DNA of 63,436 nucleotides, counting the filler, from Nemertoderma westbladi (taxonomy: Eukaryota; Animalia; Xenacoelomorpha): assembly GCA_032718475.1 (NCBI GenBank). It is 4 parts of 4 records of this genome, joined end to end, with 100 filler letters (N's around TTAATTAATTAA, not from the genome) between each part and the next. Parts side by side here need not be neighbours in the genome. Positions count along the whole stretch, not along the records: positions 1 to 27,684 come from JAUCBJ010000261.1; 3 more parts are not named here. One strand, given 5' to 3'. The position numbers and the translations under genes were made by a program. Of the stretch, positions 12,061 to 24,911 are shown one piece after another. Under the pieces are notes generated by a model. That model was not told the origin of the DNA and ran no database searches. It saw nothing but the letters and a program-made list of their open reading frames with translations. Numbering within the stretch: position 1 is the stretch's first letter; the number at the start of each line of letters is the position of its first letter.

Positions 12061-14640
12061 GTGCTCAATCCCAAGTTCCTTTGAATATCTGTTACAGGCT
12101 CATTATAGGTATTGCAGCTGTTACAGGTATACATATAACTGAGACACATTATAAAAATATTGATACATTTCTGACAACGCTTCAGTCCGACAAAATTCAT
12201 CAAACAGCAATGGTTGGGTGATGGTAGAACTGCACGCCTAGTTGTTCAAGCGTGGGTGTATACTTATTTGCCTTACATGTTTACTGGTAACTGCCAAGAG
12301 AGAGAATGCTTCAGTTTACCTCCGCCGCTTCACGTTGACCGGGAGTTGTTTTACCTAGGAATGAGAATGTAACATTATTTAGTGCGGTATGACGTAATAT
12401 ATTGTTTAAGTTTAAAAAAAAATGTATATGTTATAGACAGAAACCAATGAATTAATTATCTACTTGTCAAAGATTAATATCAATGATACAGTTAGTCAAG
12501 TAATGTAGTGTGGTATTATCCAAAATGTGATCTTTGAACTACTGAAAAATATTTTCCATTATCTCATATGATCATAATGTTTATGATGAACTACACATTA
12601 TATTACATGTACATAATACATTTATTTTTCTGACATGATAGCCACTTCATTATTCTTAAAGAATATTACAAACTTAGAATATTTCTACGAATATTACTTA
12701 CAAACAGGCGTCTAATATTCCTCCCTCACCATAGATAAACCTATTAAATATCAGATAAATATTACATACACTTCATGTAAATAGGTTGTGTGAGATAATG
12801 TTGCAATGGTATCTACACATATCTACAGTATATACTCATGTATATAATGTAATATAATAATGTAGTGTAATATATTTTATAAAGTGTCCTACTGAAACTT
12901 TTTCTCCCCTCAATTACCAGCTGTAATTGTGTTGCTTCAGTTTCTTTTACCTGTTATGTGCGCCTGTGCAGTTTTTATGTGTGTACAATCACGTAATATC
13001 CGTATCTCAGACGTATCTCACAACGAATTGTAACTTTTCAAATTTATTCAACATTGTCAGTGATTTTTTGAAAAATATTTTTTAGACAGAATTGCCGTTA
13101 AATAGCGCTAAATTTCGGAAAGAATAAGACTGCAAACCCCATCCATTAATACATAATAACACTTAATATATAATTTAAAGTACAAATGTTTCCATCGAAA
13201 TGTTTGAAAGACCTCTTTAATCAAGGAGCAGCGACTTACGAGTTAAATCTATAAAATTAGATTGTTCATAAATTGTAGGCGATGCTTGTCTGCTAGGACT
13301 ACAGATTGTGGTGCAATGGGTTAACGGATGCTACAGAAGTCTTGTGATTTGTCTCATTTTCTCCAATGACTGGGTATGTGTCGCGTGTCGGAGTGGAATA
13401 TGAGAGTAGCATCCAACCCCTGACACCCCCCCCCCCCCCCCCCCCCGCAATCTCGCCTCCTGCTTCAGGGTTTAGGCTAGATAGGGCAGCATATCATGAA
13501 ATGGTCTCAAATAATATTGTTAGCCAGTCTATTTTTCAGGAAAATATTAAAATATTTCATAAAAATGGGCTTTCAGCCATCATTCAAAATTCAGGAGCTA
13601 TCCATTATCAAAGGAGATATTTCGGGCATACCCACAAATCCTACGCAGTTTGTATATTTACTTTTAAACTCTACAGTATGTAGTAATAGAAGAAAATCAG
13701 TTCTAAACATTGATCCGTTGAACATGTAGTAATGTTGTCGTAGGTGTAGTGTACAGTATGTGTATGTACTGCAGGTAATATCCTCCTCTAGTAATATTGT
13801 GCGTTTTCATTGCTATATTAAATAACATCATACACATCTTAATTCTTAAAATCAATTGTAAATCATTGACTAAAACATTTATGAGTAGAACATATAATTA
13901 CACATGGTTTAGTTATTTAATTACTTAATAGTGAGCCAAATGCAGGGGGATATAATTATAAAATATAACGTGTGCCAAATAACGTTCTTTACTGAGGTCA
14001 ACCTTCACAGATAGTTCGATATTGATATACATGGGATATATATATTTTATACCAGTATACTGTATGTTTGTATGTTTACCAATCAGTATATTTTTTAAGT
14101 AAAAAGAATATCTTCGTTCGAACCGGCTTTACAAAGGTCTTCTTTACAAAGGCACAGTTACTCGTAAAGTAAAGTAAACTTTACTTACTACTTTATACCA
14201 CGATACAACACTACCAGCACGCGGCACACTCAACTGCCTAACCTGTTACACAGTTGTGTTACCAAGGCCTACTACTACTGTAGAAGTCTTCTGGTAGGCC
14301 TGTAGTGTTACACTACTGTTTACTGTTACACATCCTGCTATCAAACTATAAATACTAACTGTGTGTTGCAGCTAAAATACATGTCAGAGTCAATACTTCA
14401 ATAGCAGCAGCGCAGCAGCCAGCAGGTCTACCGGTATCTGTCTGTCTGTGGCTGTTGACAGTTGATGTGATCTGGTGATCGTGATGTAGTCGATGTAGTG
14501 TACCTTAGAAAAAGTGGAAATTTTAACGAAAATTGTTGTGTCCATGACCTCTGACCCTGATGATATATAATTTAAACAAACTGTCTGACTGTTGTGAAAT
14601 TTACTGTACTCAGTACTGCCTGACTGCCTGAGAGCCTGAC

Positions 14641-15232
14641 GGATACATGACCGAACGTAATCAGGATCGAATGTAACATAGTTATTTCGTATCGAACGTA
14701 ACTGCAATTATGTTACATTGGATCCTATAACTATGTTACATTCGATCTACAAATTACTAAGCTCGAATGTAACATTGCCATTTACAGATTTAAAGGAGCA
14801 GGTTACAGAGGCGTGTTGGGGGAACCAAAACAATAAACGAAAGTTAACAGATGTTACAAGATTATGCAGGTAACTTTTATTTAAAGGCTGAAAGGAGCAG
14901 GTTATAGAGGCGTGTTGGGGGAACCAAAACAATAAACGAAAGTTAACACATGTTACAAGATTGCAGGTCACTTAATCAGTTAATTGTGTCTTGGGTCTTT
15001 GTTTTGTACTCACCAACACCAGACTGTTTCTTCCTGTAAATAAACGAAGCATTTCATCGGTTAACTCCTGAAATCAAAACACAACTGAAATAAATGTATG
15101 TTACATTCGAGCTTAGTAATTTGTAGATCGAATGTAACATAGTTATAGGATCCAATGTAACATAATTGAGGTTACGTTCGATTCGTAAAAACTATGTTAC
15201 ATTCGATCCTGATTACGTTCGGTCTGTCACCC
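14641..15232. mobile_element. MITE with about 135-bp TIRs and 9-bp TSD (Mutator-like)
   Basis: TSD gagcctgac at 14632-14640 and 15233-15241; GG..CC ends; 14649-14775 inverted at 15098-15224; internal direct repeat of about 75 bp. Confidence 0.88.
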
Positions 15233-15348
15233 GAGCCTGACCGGTATGATAAAAACGCATGCTGGCAGCTGGCATGATCAGATGCAATCAATGACCAGGT
15301 GGAAGTCGTTGGTCATTGAGAGAGAGAGATAGAGTACCAGAGTACCTC

Positions 15349-15507
15349 TTTTCAAAGTAGGGGTATCACATTTATTACTAACGGTGAACAGAGCCTTAAC
15401 GGAGAACTCACTAACGGAGGCCTAAATACTCGTTCGTGTCGCCCATTATGAGTTCTCCGTTAAGGCTCCGTTCACCGTTAGTAGTAATAAATGTGATACT
15501 TTGAAAA
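15349..15507. repeat. Short foldback/MITE-like inverted repeat
   Basis: tatcacatttattactaacggtgaacagagccttaacggagaactca mirrored by tgagttctccgttaaggctccgttcaccgttagtagtaataaatgtgata. Confidence 0.8.
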
Positions 15508-15672
15508 TGATGATAAAATTGCGTACACATGAGTGTTGTTATGGTTGCTTTATGCTTAGTACTACTGTATGTAGGGTAAAACGAACTTATATCCTGCAAG
15601 GCCTGAAGTATAGGAAGGATCTAAGTTCGTATCAGCCTCTTACCACATTGTCAAACACTTCCTGGTGTTAAG

Positions 15673-16059
15673 GTGTTAGTAGGTGACAATTTAGGAAGTC
15701 ACTTCTCTCTGAAGGTGATTCTTGCATGTGGGGAGAATAACATCAAGTTCGTTGCATTGCCACCGAATGCATCCCATATCATGCAACCCCTAGACGTTGC
15801 TTGCTTCCGAACACTCAAGAGAGTTTGGCGTGATATTTTAAATACTTGGAGGCGGGAGAGTCGGTCTCGCGGGACAATACCAAAGAAAGAACCAATACCC
15901 AGCGCTCCTCAAGAGGTTATGTCTGAGTGTGGTGGCTGATAAGCCACATCTCCTAGTCGCTGGGTTTAAAGGCAGTGGGTTATATCCCAATAATAAGCAG
16001 AAAGCTCTGAGTCATATTCCTCGGAGAAGGGTGGCAAGTGGTGCACCAGGCCCTGGAGA
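15673..16059 (+). pseudogene. pogo/Tigger (DDE_1, CENP-B-like) transposase fragment; element about 15572-19089, interrupted by an insertion
   Basis: GDNLGSH, LPPNASHIMQPLDV, then GFKGSGLYP after a frameshift; ggatctaag subterminal motifs at about 15617 and 19013-19075. Confidence 0.85.
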
Positions 16060-18969
16060 CCCTATTGAAAAGTTTTACATGTACGCCGAGCACGTTCGGC
16101 GCAGCACTAGAACTTGCGCCGGGAGCTGGCGCAGAAATGTGCTACGCCGGGCAATGAGCCGGAAGGGTCGGCGCAGAGATGTGCTACGCCGGCGTAGCCG
16201 GCGGAGCACTGGCAATGGTAGAGATGCTGCGCTCGGCGCAGCAGGCGTCGAAATATTCCCGGCGTCGACGCTGCAGAAATTGACCCGGCGCCGGAGCAGG
16301 AATCAGCCCAGCACACCGGCGTATACATATTTGCCTGGCGCAGAAATCAGCCGAACCTAGCACCAGGCAGACAGTGAGACTGAGACAGCAGACACAGAGA
16401 CATGCGTTCATCAGACCAACAGCACAGCAACACAATAACAACTGTCCATGCAGGAGGCAGAAAGGACAGAAGGAAACTCACACTGCAGCACTGGCTGACT
16501 GCAACTGGTCATTTATTTACGTAATTAACCTTATGCTGTTATGCAGTAGGCAAGTAGGCTATCACAGTTCCAGCTATCAGCTGATCAGTCATTATTGCTA
16601 TTGGTCATAGTCCGTTTATTTATTTACATAATATTGCTGTATTCGTATTGTATAAGCTATATTTATATTATATTATTTGGATGGAGACACCGCTGTCATA
16701 GAAGCGTATAAATAAAACTGCACATATATATAATAAAACAGGCAGACAGAATGAAGTTGAACAGTGAAGAAAACAAAACGACTTACTGACTTATACTATG
16801 GCACTATCTGACTATTGATAATGAAACAATTTATTACCGACACACATGTGTAACCATTGGAAATTGCAGTTCAATGACTACAAGTGCAAGGTCATGCATA
16901 CATCTATGTTCTAGAAATCCCCAAGCAACGTTTTACACAATGAATGGACGGACACTTTTATCGGCAACCGAGGAACGTGATTTTGGAATTACATTTACAC
17001 CAGACTTGTCCTTCACAGCATCACAGCTCACTGCACAAAGACTGCAGCCCGCGCCATGCGAGTCGTACATTTAATACGAAGAACTTTTATACATATTTGG
17101 AAGCTCCGATGTTTACCCTCTGACCCTGGCAGCCTGTTATCAAATCCCTTGTTCGGCCTCTCCTTGAATACGACACAGTTGTTTGTTCGCCATTCATCCG
17201 ACATGATAAATATTGAACGTCTTGAACAAGTACAACACCGTGCAGCCGTGTGGTCACTCGCCTTGTACAGTCTGACAGTTGTACTATCGCTGGCTGAGTT
17301 GTCATATGAAAACCGACTACTTGCACTCAAACTACCGATATTAATATATCGCCGTGTACTAGCCGACCTTATAACAACATACAAGTTTATCAACGGGATT
17401 GACAAATTTGAGCAAAGTAATTTCTTCCAGTTTGTTCCTAACTCCACCAATGCTAACACGCAACAACTTTGCAGACAGCGTTGTAAACATTTGGAATCCT
17501 TTACCTGTTAACCATTACCGGAAAGTGTTGTTAATGCACGTAATACCCTTGGCAGCTTGGTACTCCATGATTGAGCATATTCAAAAATAGACTAGACTGC
17601 GAAATGTCCTTTAAAATGAATATATAGTGATACTGCTGTGCGCCAAGTGGCAGTAGCGAAAGCGATATCTTTCGGATACAACGATATCTTCATTAAAATC
17701 TAGCTACAGTACCTATTATTTTCATTTTTTCAATCCCAATAAACTTTTTTTGTGTTAAATTTTAAAATAGTGATTTTTTATGTTTAATTGTTTTCCTATC
17801 TTTTGTAGTTACTTTACTTTGCGCGTTTTATTTCAGCAGTAATATTTTACTTATGCGACATACTGTACCTACGGTACCAAATTTATGTTCCGTATAATAC
17901 GTATTGTTGTGTTGTATCCTATAGAGTATTGTAAAATCGTCCCTTATTAATATGTTTGCCTTTAGTACTGTATGTTGTTGAAGCCCTTGAACCTACTGTA
18001 AGTATGCTTTGCCGGTTTTTAATTTAATTTTTCTGTAATTTCATTTTTTTTTTAATAATTGACATGCACCAACTGTAAGTACTGTAAATAAACTATAATT
18101 GTAAATATTTTACTAATTTTACCTGAATACCATTATCCGTATTTTTCTTACAATAGTACATACGCTTATTAGCGTACTTTGCAGATATTTTTTATTTTAT
18201 ACTACTGTACTCTGTACGTGTACGTACATGTGCAAAAATTAATATTTTATTGTTATTCTGGCGATATTAATAAACATAACACAGTAACATACAGCTAGTC
18301 ATTATTCATTCAGACGTACCGTATCTGTAGCAGACGTATACCGGACCACAGTACGTAGTATGTTATGTAGTAAAGTAGAACGTAGTACATAAATACAAGG
18401 ACTAGGCCTACTGAAGTAGTCTTTAATATTCTTTCTATAATTCATATTGTAACATTTGAGTAATTTCAAAAAATGTACACTTTACTTGACGACAAAAATT
18501 TACATGCAGTGTTTCTTAAGTAGTTGTTTCGTAATGTTACACTTTTGGAATAAAACAACTCACCTACTGTACTTGTTGCATTTGTCTTTATTAAGGTTTT
18601 CCGTCTCTGTATCCTTATTTTCATTTCACCCACCCACAACTTTCGTTCGTTTAAGTAACAACTCGGATTAGTGCAGCTGCAGTATTATAGATAACCGAAT
18701 AAACTACAGGTACTGTACAGTATAACAGGCAGATTTTATGTTTTATACCAGTCAGCCCGGTGCAGCTTTGAAGAGCCGGTGGAAGATTTTTCACCCGGCG
18801 CAGCATTTTGCATTGCACAGAGCCGGCGCAGGATTTTTGCACCCGGCGTGGTTTTACACAGAGCCGGCGCAGGATTTTTTGCACCCGGCGTGGTTTTGCT
18901 CAGAGCCGGCGCAGGATTTTTGGCACCCGGCGCCGCGTTCGGCGCAGAAAATAAAACTTTTCAATAGGG
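16060..18969. mobile_element. Non-autonomous DNA transposon, 18-bp TIR CCCTATTGAAAAGTTTTA, 8-bp TSD; superfamily not assigned
   Basis: TSD cctggaga at 16052-16059 and 18970-18977; GC-rich subterminal (g)ccggcgcag repeats at both ends. Confidence 0.9.
16865..17520 (+). pseudogene. CR1-type LINE ORF2 3' fragment nested in the 16060-18969 element
   Basis: KCKVMHI, EERDFGITF..DLSF, LEQVQHRA, LSYENRL..L.L..L.YRR..ADLITTYK. Confidence 0.85.
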
Positions 18970-19946
18970 CCTGGAGAGGTGGAAGGTTTGCTAAACCAGG
19001 CCGTATGGGAAGGATCTAAGTTCACCCAAGATCTACGTTCGTTCGTCAGGATCTAAGGTGTTCTAGGATCTAAAGCCGGGGAACCACTATGTAGGTCTGT
19101 AGGTACAGAGGTACGGTACTACAGTACTAAGGCTAAGGTACGTACACCATGAGCCGTAATAGTCTGTCTGTCTGTTGACACGGCGCCCCCTCGGCGTTCA
19201 AGATTGCAAGAACAGAAGAAGTATCCTTCGCTGTCTGGCTGTAGGCCTGTAGGCTGTAACGCTGTAGGCCATTATTTACTGTATTATATTTAATAAATAA
19301 ACAATATTCTGGAACAATTTGTTTATGTATGAATTTAATACCGGTAGCTAGGCTATGTAATAGACTGACTGACTGATAGAGATGTAATAAATAGAGATGT
19401 TTAGAACTGTAGAAGAGCTGGGCGCTTACGTAAAGACGATAAATTTTACTATAATGGAGGTGGTTATAACAACAAACAAATGAATATGAATGAATACTGG
19501 AATAGGCTACTTCTGTACTTGAGCCTAACACTGGAATCTAGTTGGACATTTAGTTTACCCTTTACACGCCATTGTAGAATGAAAAGAGTTAAAGCGGCAG
19601 CAGCTACATCATTGGTTAAAAATCTTCAATGTTTGTCACTTAATTAAAGCAGCCAGACGATATGCAGATATTTTGATGTTATGAATTATGATCAAGCCGA
19701 GTTTTTGTTACGCAACAGATTCATTCTGGCAGTCTGGGAAGACTTTAAGGAACAACAGTTTGCAATGATTGATGGTTGTCTCTTTGACTTCCTGAAGAAG
19801 TTCCTCGGCCTCTGGCTGGCAGGCTGGCCTCCCTAGAAACGCCTTGAATCGCAAAGTTCTACTCATGCATCATGTGCGACATGACTCTGTTAACAGAGGA
19901 TATAGTGAAAACCGGTCTTTCAAAAACTTGTTGATGTGGAAGTGGA

Positions 19947-21085
19947 GGCACTAGTGTGTTATAGGTACACCCCCCCTCAAATTTTTTTTACTAGCTAGTT
20001 TTTGCTTTTTCTTTTTATGAACATGTTCTAGAACATGTTAGCTATTAAAAAAAAATATATAGGCCTATCCTATATATGTTCTAGAAAAAATATTTTTTGT
20101 TCTAGAACAATTTAACAAAAAAATTAAAAATATTAATGTACTATTTTTAATTTTTAATAATGTTCTAGAACATGTCAGCTATTCAGAACTAGAAAAAAAA
20201 GTTCTAGAACAAATAGTTTTTGTTCCATAACAGTTCAAAAAATCGAAATTTTTTTTTTTATTTTATTTAGAATTTGTTTCATATAATTTTTAATCATTGC
20301 TGGCAAGATGGGTTCGGGGGGGGGGTAGCTAGTATTTTTTTAATAGCCATTTAAAATTAAAAAATTAACTGTATTGAGGTCATTATAATATTCAGAAATT
20401 AATGATATGCTTAGAATACGTATCTGCGTATACAGGTACTGTATAATGTTTATTATTTAGCAGACAGCGGGTAATATTTTCTGATCAAATCCAACAGAGC
20501 AAAATTGCACTTTCCTCACACATTAAGTTCTTACACAATTCCTCTATACTCAAATCAGTCATTATTTACGTGTAAGCAATCTTGGTTGTAGAAATTCGAA
20601 TATGCTAGAAAATTCAATTTCCTTGACATCAAATAAAACACAACTAAAGGCCATGATACACCACAGGAGCGGCAGCGGCGAGTGGCCGCGGCAAGCGGCC
20701 ACTTTTTAAAAATAGAACACATTATTTTCTATGGGTGATGATACACCACAAATGGCTGCTGCCGCTCGCCGCTCCTATAGTGTATCATACTAAAAGTCGC
20801 CGCTCACATCAGCACATCGGCCGCTCGCCGCGGCCTCCCGCCGCTGCCGCTCGCCGCTTCTGTGGTGTATCATGGCCATAACAAAAAATAAAATTTGTAA
20901 GCTTTTTTAAAATTTGTTCTAGAACAAAAAATATTTGTTCTAGAACAAAAAATATTTGTTCTGGAACATTTTATTATTTTTTTTCAAATGTATCTCATAT
21001 TCTAGAACATTTCATAAAAAGAAATAGCAAAAACTAGCTAGTTAAAAAAAATTTGAGGGGGGTGTACCTATAACACACTAGTACC
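19947..21085. mobile_element. MITE with GG..CC termini and 8-bp TSD (Merlin-like)
   Basis: TIR gg(c/t)actagtgtgttataggtacacccccc; TSD gaagtgga at 19939-19946 and 21086-21093; repeated ttctagaa motifs. Confidence 0.88.
20648..20878. mobile_element. PIF/Harbinger-like MITE nested in the previous MITE
   Basis: TIR ggccatgatacaccaca; TAA on both sides (20645-47, 20879-81); GC-rich palindromic body. Confidence 0.8.
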
Positions 21086-21652
21086 GAAGTGGAAGACGAG
21101 TTCTATTCATCGCTTGCCATGACACAACGAAATTGGATGGATTCGAACTATCCAAACGCCACCTCATCACAAGACTCAGCTGCCACGGGTTTCACCATAA
21201 ACTCAGTTATGAAACTAGATGTAATAACAGGCATGAATCGTGTACGTGTAAACTCTGTGGGAACCAGTGCACTCTTCTACACGCGCTTGAATGCTGCAAA
21301 ATTAAATCCTTGAAAGACCTTGACAGCATGTAACTGTATTATTATAATTTATGTAGGCTACTTATTTATTTTAAGGTATCTTTTAATCATCCATATTTAC
21401 ACATACATACCGAAAAGTGAAAGTGAATGTATGTACCGGTACCTAATTAATTAATTTTAATAAATAAAATATTCACTAGTTATCAGAATAGAGATATTGT
21501 ATAGGCCTAGGCATGTTGTTGCCCCGTACCCATAAAATAAATAACACTTTGGGTGACGTTCTAGAATTTTGTGTATTTATTAAATAGAATAAATGGCCTG
21601 CAGTGAACAATAATTAAAAAAATTTTAAGGTGAAATCGAAAATTCCGGCTTC

Positions 21653-21667
21653 ATGGTAACAACCACG
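21653..21667 (+). CDS. EPS8: Candidate short upstream coding exon of the EPS8-like gene (MVTTT)
   Basis: Strong donor G|GTGAGT at 21667/8; phase 0, in frame with acceptor ccgtcccacttcacAG at 22126. Confidence 0.4.
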
Positions 21668-22087
21668 GTGAGTTGAACTAGTTGTGTTTCAAATTTCAAG
21701 CAATATGATATAGATTTGTAGAAAAATTTTGGGGGGTATCCGTGTCATCAGAAAATGACACTATATTACGGGTCATGGTGTACGTGTGTACGCGGCAATA
21801 CTATCTGACTGTAGGGAGGCCGACTGCATACTGTAATCTTTTGCTAGCTAGCATTTTAACAATTTTATTGACTAGTCATTACCGGTATATTAAATTCAAT
21901 TCAATTCACCTGGTAACTGTACCTAACAAACAGCCTCTATTATTCTGGTATTGTAAGTTGTTGAGTGCTATGGCGTAGTGCTAAGTCTTCTCCTTAAAAC
22001 GTACTTTTATATTGCCAATACTGCAATTAATAATAATAATAATGATAGATTAATTAATCTTTAATAATAGGCCTACCGGTATTTAAT

Positions 22088-23221
22088 ATGTTGAGAGGCA
22101 ACAAAAAGAACCGTCCCACTTCACAGCGTACATCGAGTGAGACAGAAAGCGACATCAGTATGTCGGGAATCCATAACGGCGTGATCCTGGGCCCGAGAGT
22201 GACCCCGGACGAGTTGCTGGGTGTCCGACGGGACATGGTACTGCGTCGCAGCGTGGTCGCACCCGACGCTGGAGGCTTGGGTGGGAGCGGCATGTACTAC
22301 GTGGAACACTTACACACATTCCGGGTGGACAGTAGAGACGCCGTACTATCGATAGCGGATACCATACGTAAACTAAAACTAATGGACGTTAAGGGGCAAG
22401 TTTGGACGCAGGATATGGTCTTACAGGTTTACGATAAACAGTTAATGTTAGTGGATAGCGAGTCACACGATACGCTAGAGGCGTACGCTATGGCGCATGT
22501 TACTGGGGTAGACGCGGTGTTAAATCAGTGTCATTACGATAACATACTAGTTATAATTCATAAAGATCCCACCGTTAAATACCCGGAGATTCATTTATTC
22601 CAATGCGAACATCTAAGTGCGGAAGTTATAGCGCGGGAGTTGCGCGTAGCCATGGGGACCCCGGGTAAACACGATGACGCCACAGCCTCTCCCGGGGCGA
22701 CAAACTACGGCGATTATTATTTCGGTTACGGCGATAAAGAGTCGATTCCCCCGCCCCCGGTGGACGCGGCCCCCACACCGCCGGCGCACAACGTACGACG
22801 GAAGATCACGGTGTTCGAACACGGAGGCGCGGCCACCCGGAAGAACCCCGCGGCTCCTCCGGCGCCTCCCAGCCGGTGGAACCGAAGAGCGAGTCGCGAG
22901 GAGAATCTAGAAGTCCTCGCGGCTAAAACCGAACGCGACGTTCAGATACTCAACCGCTGTTTCGACGATATCGAGAACTTTGTCGCGCGTTTAAAGAAAG
23001 CCGCCGAGGCGTACGTCGAGCTACAGAAACACCGGAAGAAGAATAAACGGAAGGCGGGAGACGGAGTGCTGGAGTTACGAGCGCGGCCCCCGCCCCGCGA
23101 GGAATACGTCGACACGCTGCAGAAGTTTAAACATTGTTTCAACCTCCTCGCCAAACTCAAGACGCACATCCACGAACCCAATGCCCCGGAGTTGATTCAC
23201 TTCCTGATGGGCCCCCTACAG
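22088..23221 (+). CDS. EPS8: EPS8-family adaptor protein, large exon (PTB domain, Pro-rich linker, helical EGFR-binding region); true 5' boundary may be the acceptor at 22126
   Basis: YYVEHLHTF..IRKLKLMDVKGQVWTQDMVLQV, IHLFQC, ERDVQILN..DDIE.F, GDGVL.LRA.PP, QKFKH.FNLLAKLK.HI..PNA.EL.HFL..PL match EPS8 motifs; donor CAG|GTTAGT at 23221/2. Confidence 0.93.
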
Positions 23222-24911
23222 GTTAGTGACCTCAGATGTAGCGATATAGATGAAATGGAGGGGGGGGGGGGGGGGCATCTCCACAGGAATATCGATAATT
23301 GACTCAAATACCAGCCGATTACTCGCAAAATTATAACTGTTACCTGTGCTAGTGACTCGTTTATTGTTTTGATTAGAATAACATGTATAATAACATGCTC
23401 TATCCCATTTATCCTTTAATTTATTGATGTAAGACATTTCAAGCTTTTGAATGCTCTATAACATATACTAACTCAGATATCATCTAACATTTTCTGAATA
23501 TTTAATTTACAGTTATTATTGCTTAACCTCCATACGAGTAGCTGACTAGTTGAAACGAAACACATTGGATAGTAATTAACATTTTCCAAATGAAAACTAT
23601 CTGGTCTTGTAATTTTGAAATATAAATAATATGGAAGGACTGGACCCCTACAATCATTTTATTTACCAACTACTTACAGCATTTGTATCAACAATCGCTT
23701 TCATAAGAATAACTCTTGTTGATGCACAATACTTTTCAATCTTTTACAACACACCAGGAAGTGGTTTATGTAAGGCGGACAATTACATCATAATTCACTG
23801 CTGCAATTTTAATCTATGATGATGATGATGTTTTTTTTTTCATTTTAAATCTTAAAAATGCATGTGTAGTGTAGGCTGAGTCTGTGTGGGTGGTGATGTA
23901 TCAACAACTTTAATATGAAAAAAGATCACCAACGGAATTTAAATTGTCACCAATGGGATTTTTTAAAGTGCCATTCACCGCTGTAATTTTAGTCCAAACT
24001 GATATTTTTCAATCCAAAATATTATCCTTAAAAAAATGATGATGTCGACTGATGATTTCACTATAACTTTAGTATAAAACAGGGCTTTTTTTCTAAATAT
24101 GTTAGTGAAATTTATAAATAAAAATAGTGATTTCTAAATTTTTTAAACTTGTTTAGAAATATTTCTAAAACTAAAAATTGAAAATAACAATAGATCAGAA
24201 TTTAACATTATAGCCATATTTAATTTTTGTTTGTTTATTATTCATTCACCATTCTCTAAAACTGATCCTGTAATACTGTTCCAAAATCCTAATAAGTAGA
24301 TTTATTAAAGTGTAACATTCATTGAGGATTATATTGAAATTAAATTATTAAAATAAAATTTTTGACTAAGCTATTTCTTCACAATCTGTTTTTTGGAATC
24401 AGAATGGTGGATTACATGAAAAAAATCAAATAATATCTCTTACGCAATTTTCAATGAAACTTATGGAAAATAATGGCTGGGGTTGATTAGGTATTTATAA
24501 TTCCCAGTCGGTCATAGTTGAAGGGGACCAAGTGTGACCGGGTGGTAATTGGTAATCCTAGCGGGAACCTTGGGCATTCAACGCGACCTGGGTAAATAAA
24601 TACAGCTAGCTAATAAGTTACGGTAATACTAATTGAAACTGCATGCGCGTAAATAATGAAGGGAGTGTTTTTTTTTTAATTCGAAATCCGATTAAGTTCT
24701 TTGTTTATGCTTTTCGAAGAGTCTGTCTATGACCATTACCCTTTATAATTTTTTGTGAAATATACGTATTTTTGAAATTTCTAAAGCCACGTTTACTAAT
24801 GAGATCAATCAGCACCTTGGGCGGAGTTTTGGTGTGAGAGTGGCCTGGCCCAGAAGCAGGAGAAATTCATTATGGGGCTGGGGGGGGGGTGGGGGTACTT
24901 GGGGGCCTTAA

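Larger units (their letters stand above)
19570..21333 (+). pseudogene. Probable non-LTR retrotransposon 3' relic split by a MITE
   Basis: C-terminal CKLCG..TLLHALEC (CCHC-like) at about 21250-21300; coding-like sequence continues across the MITE TSD. Confidence 0.4.

Noticed and set aside
15929-16610. Arg-rich ORFs at 15929-16610 (also 18651-19019)
   Set aside because: They translate GC-rich subterminal repeats of the DNA element
23222-23302. ORF-track C-terminus of EPS8 (VSDLRC...GGGGG)
   Set aside because: EPS8 similarity ends at a consensus donor; the extension is intron read-through
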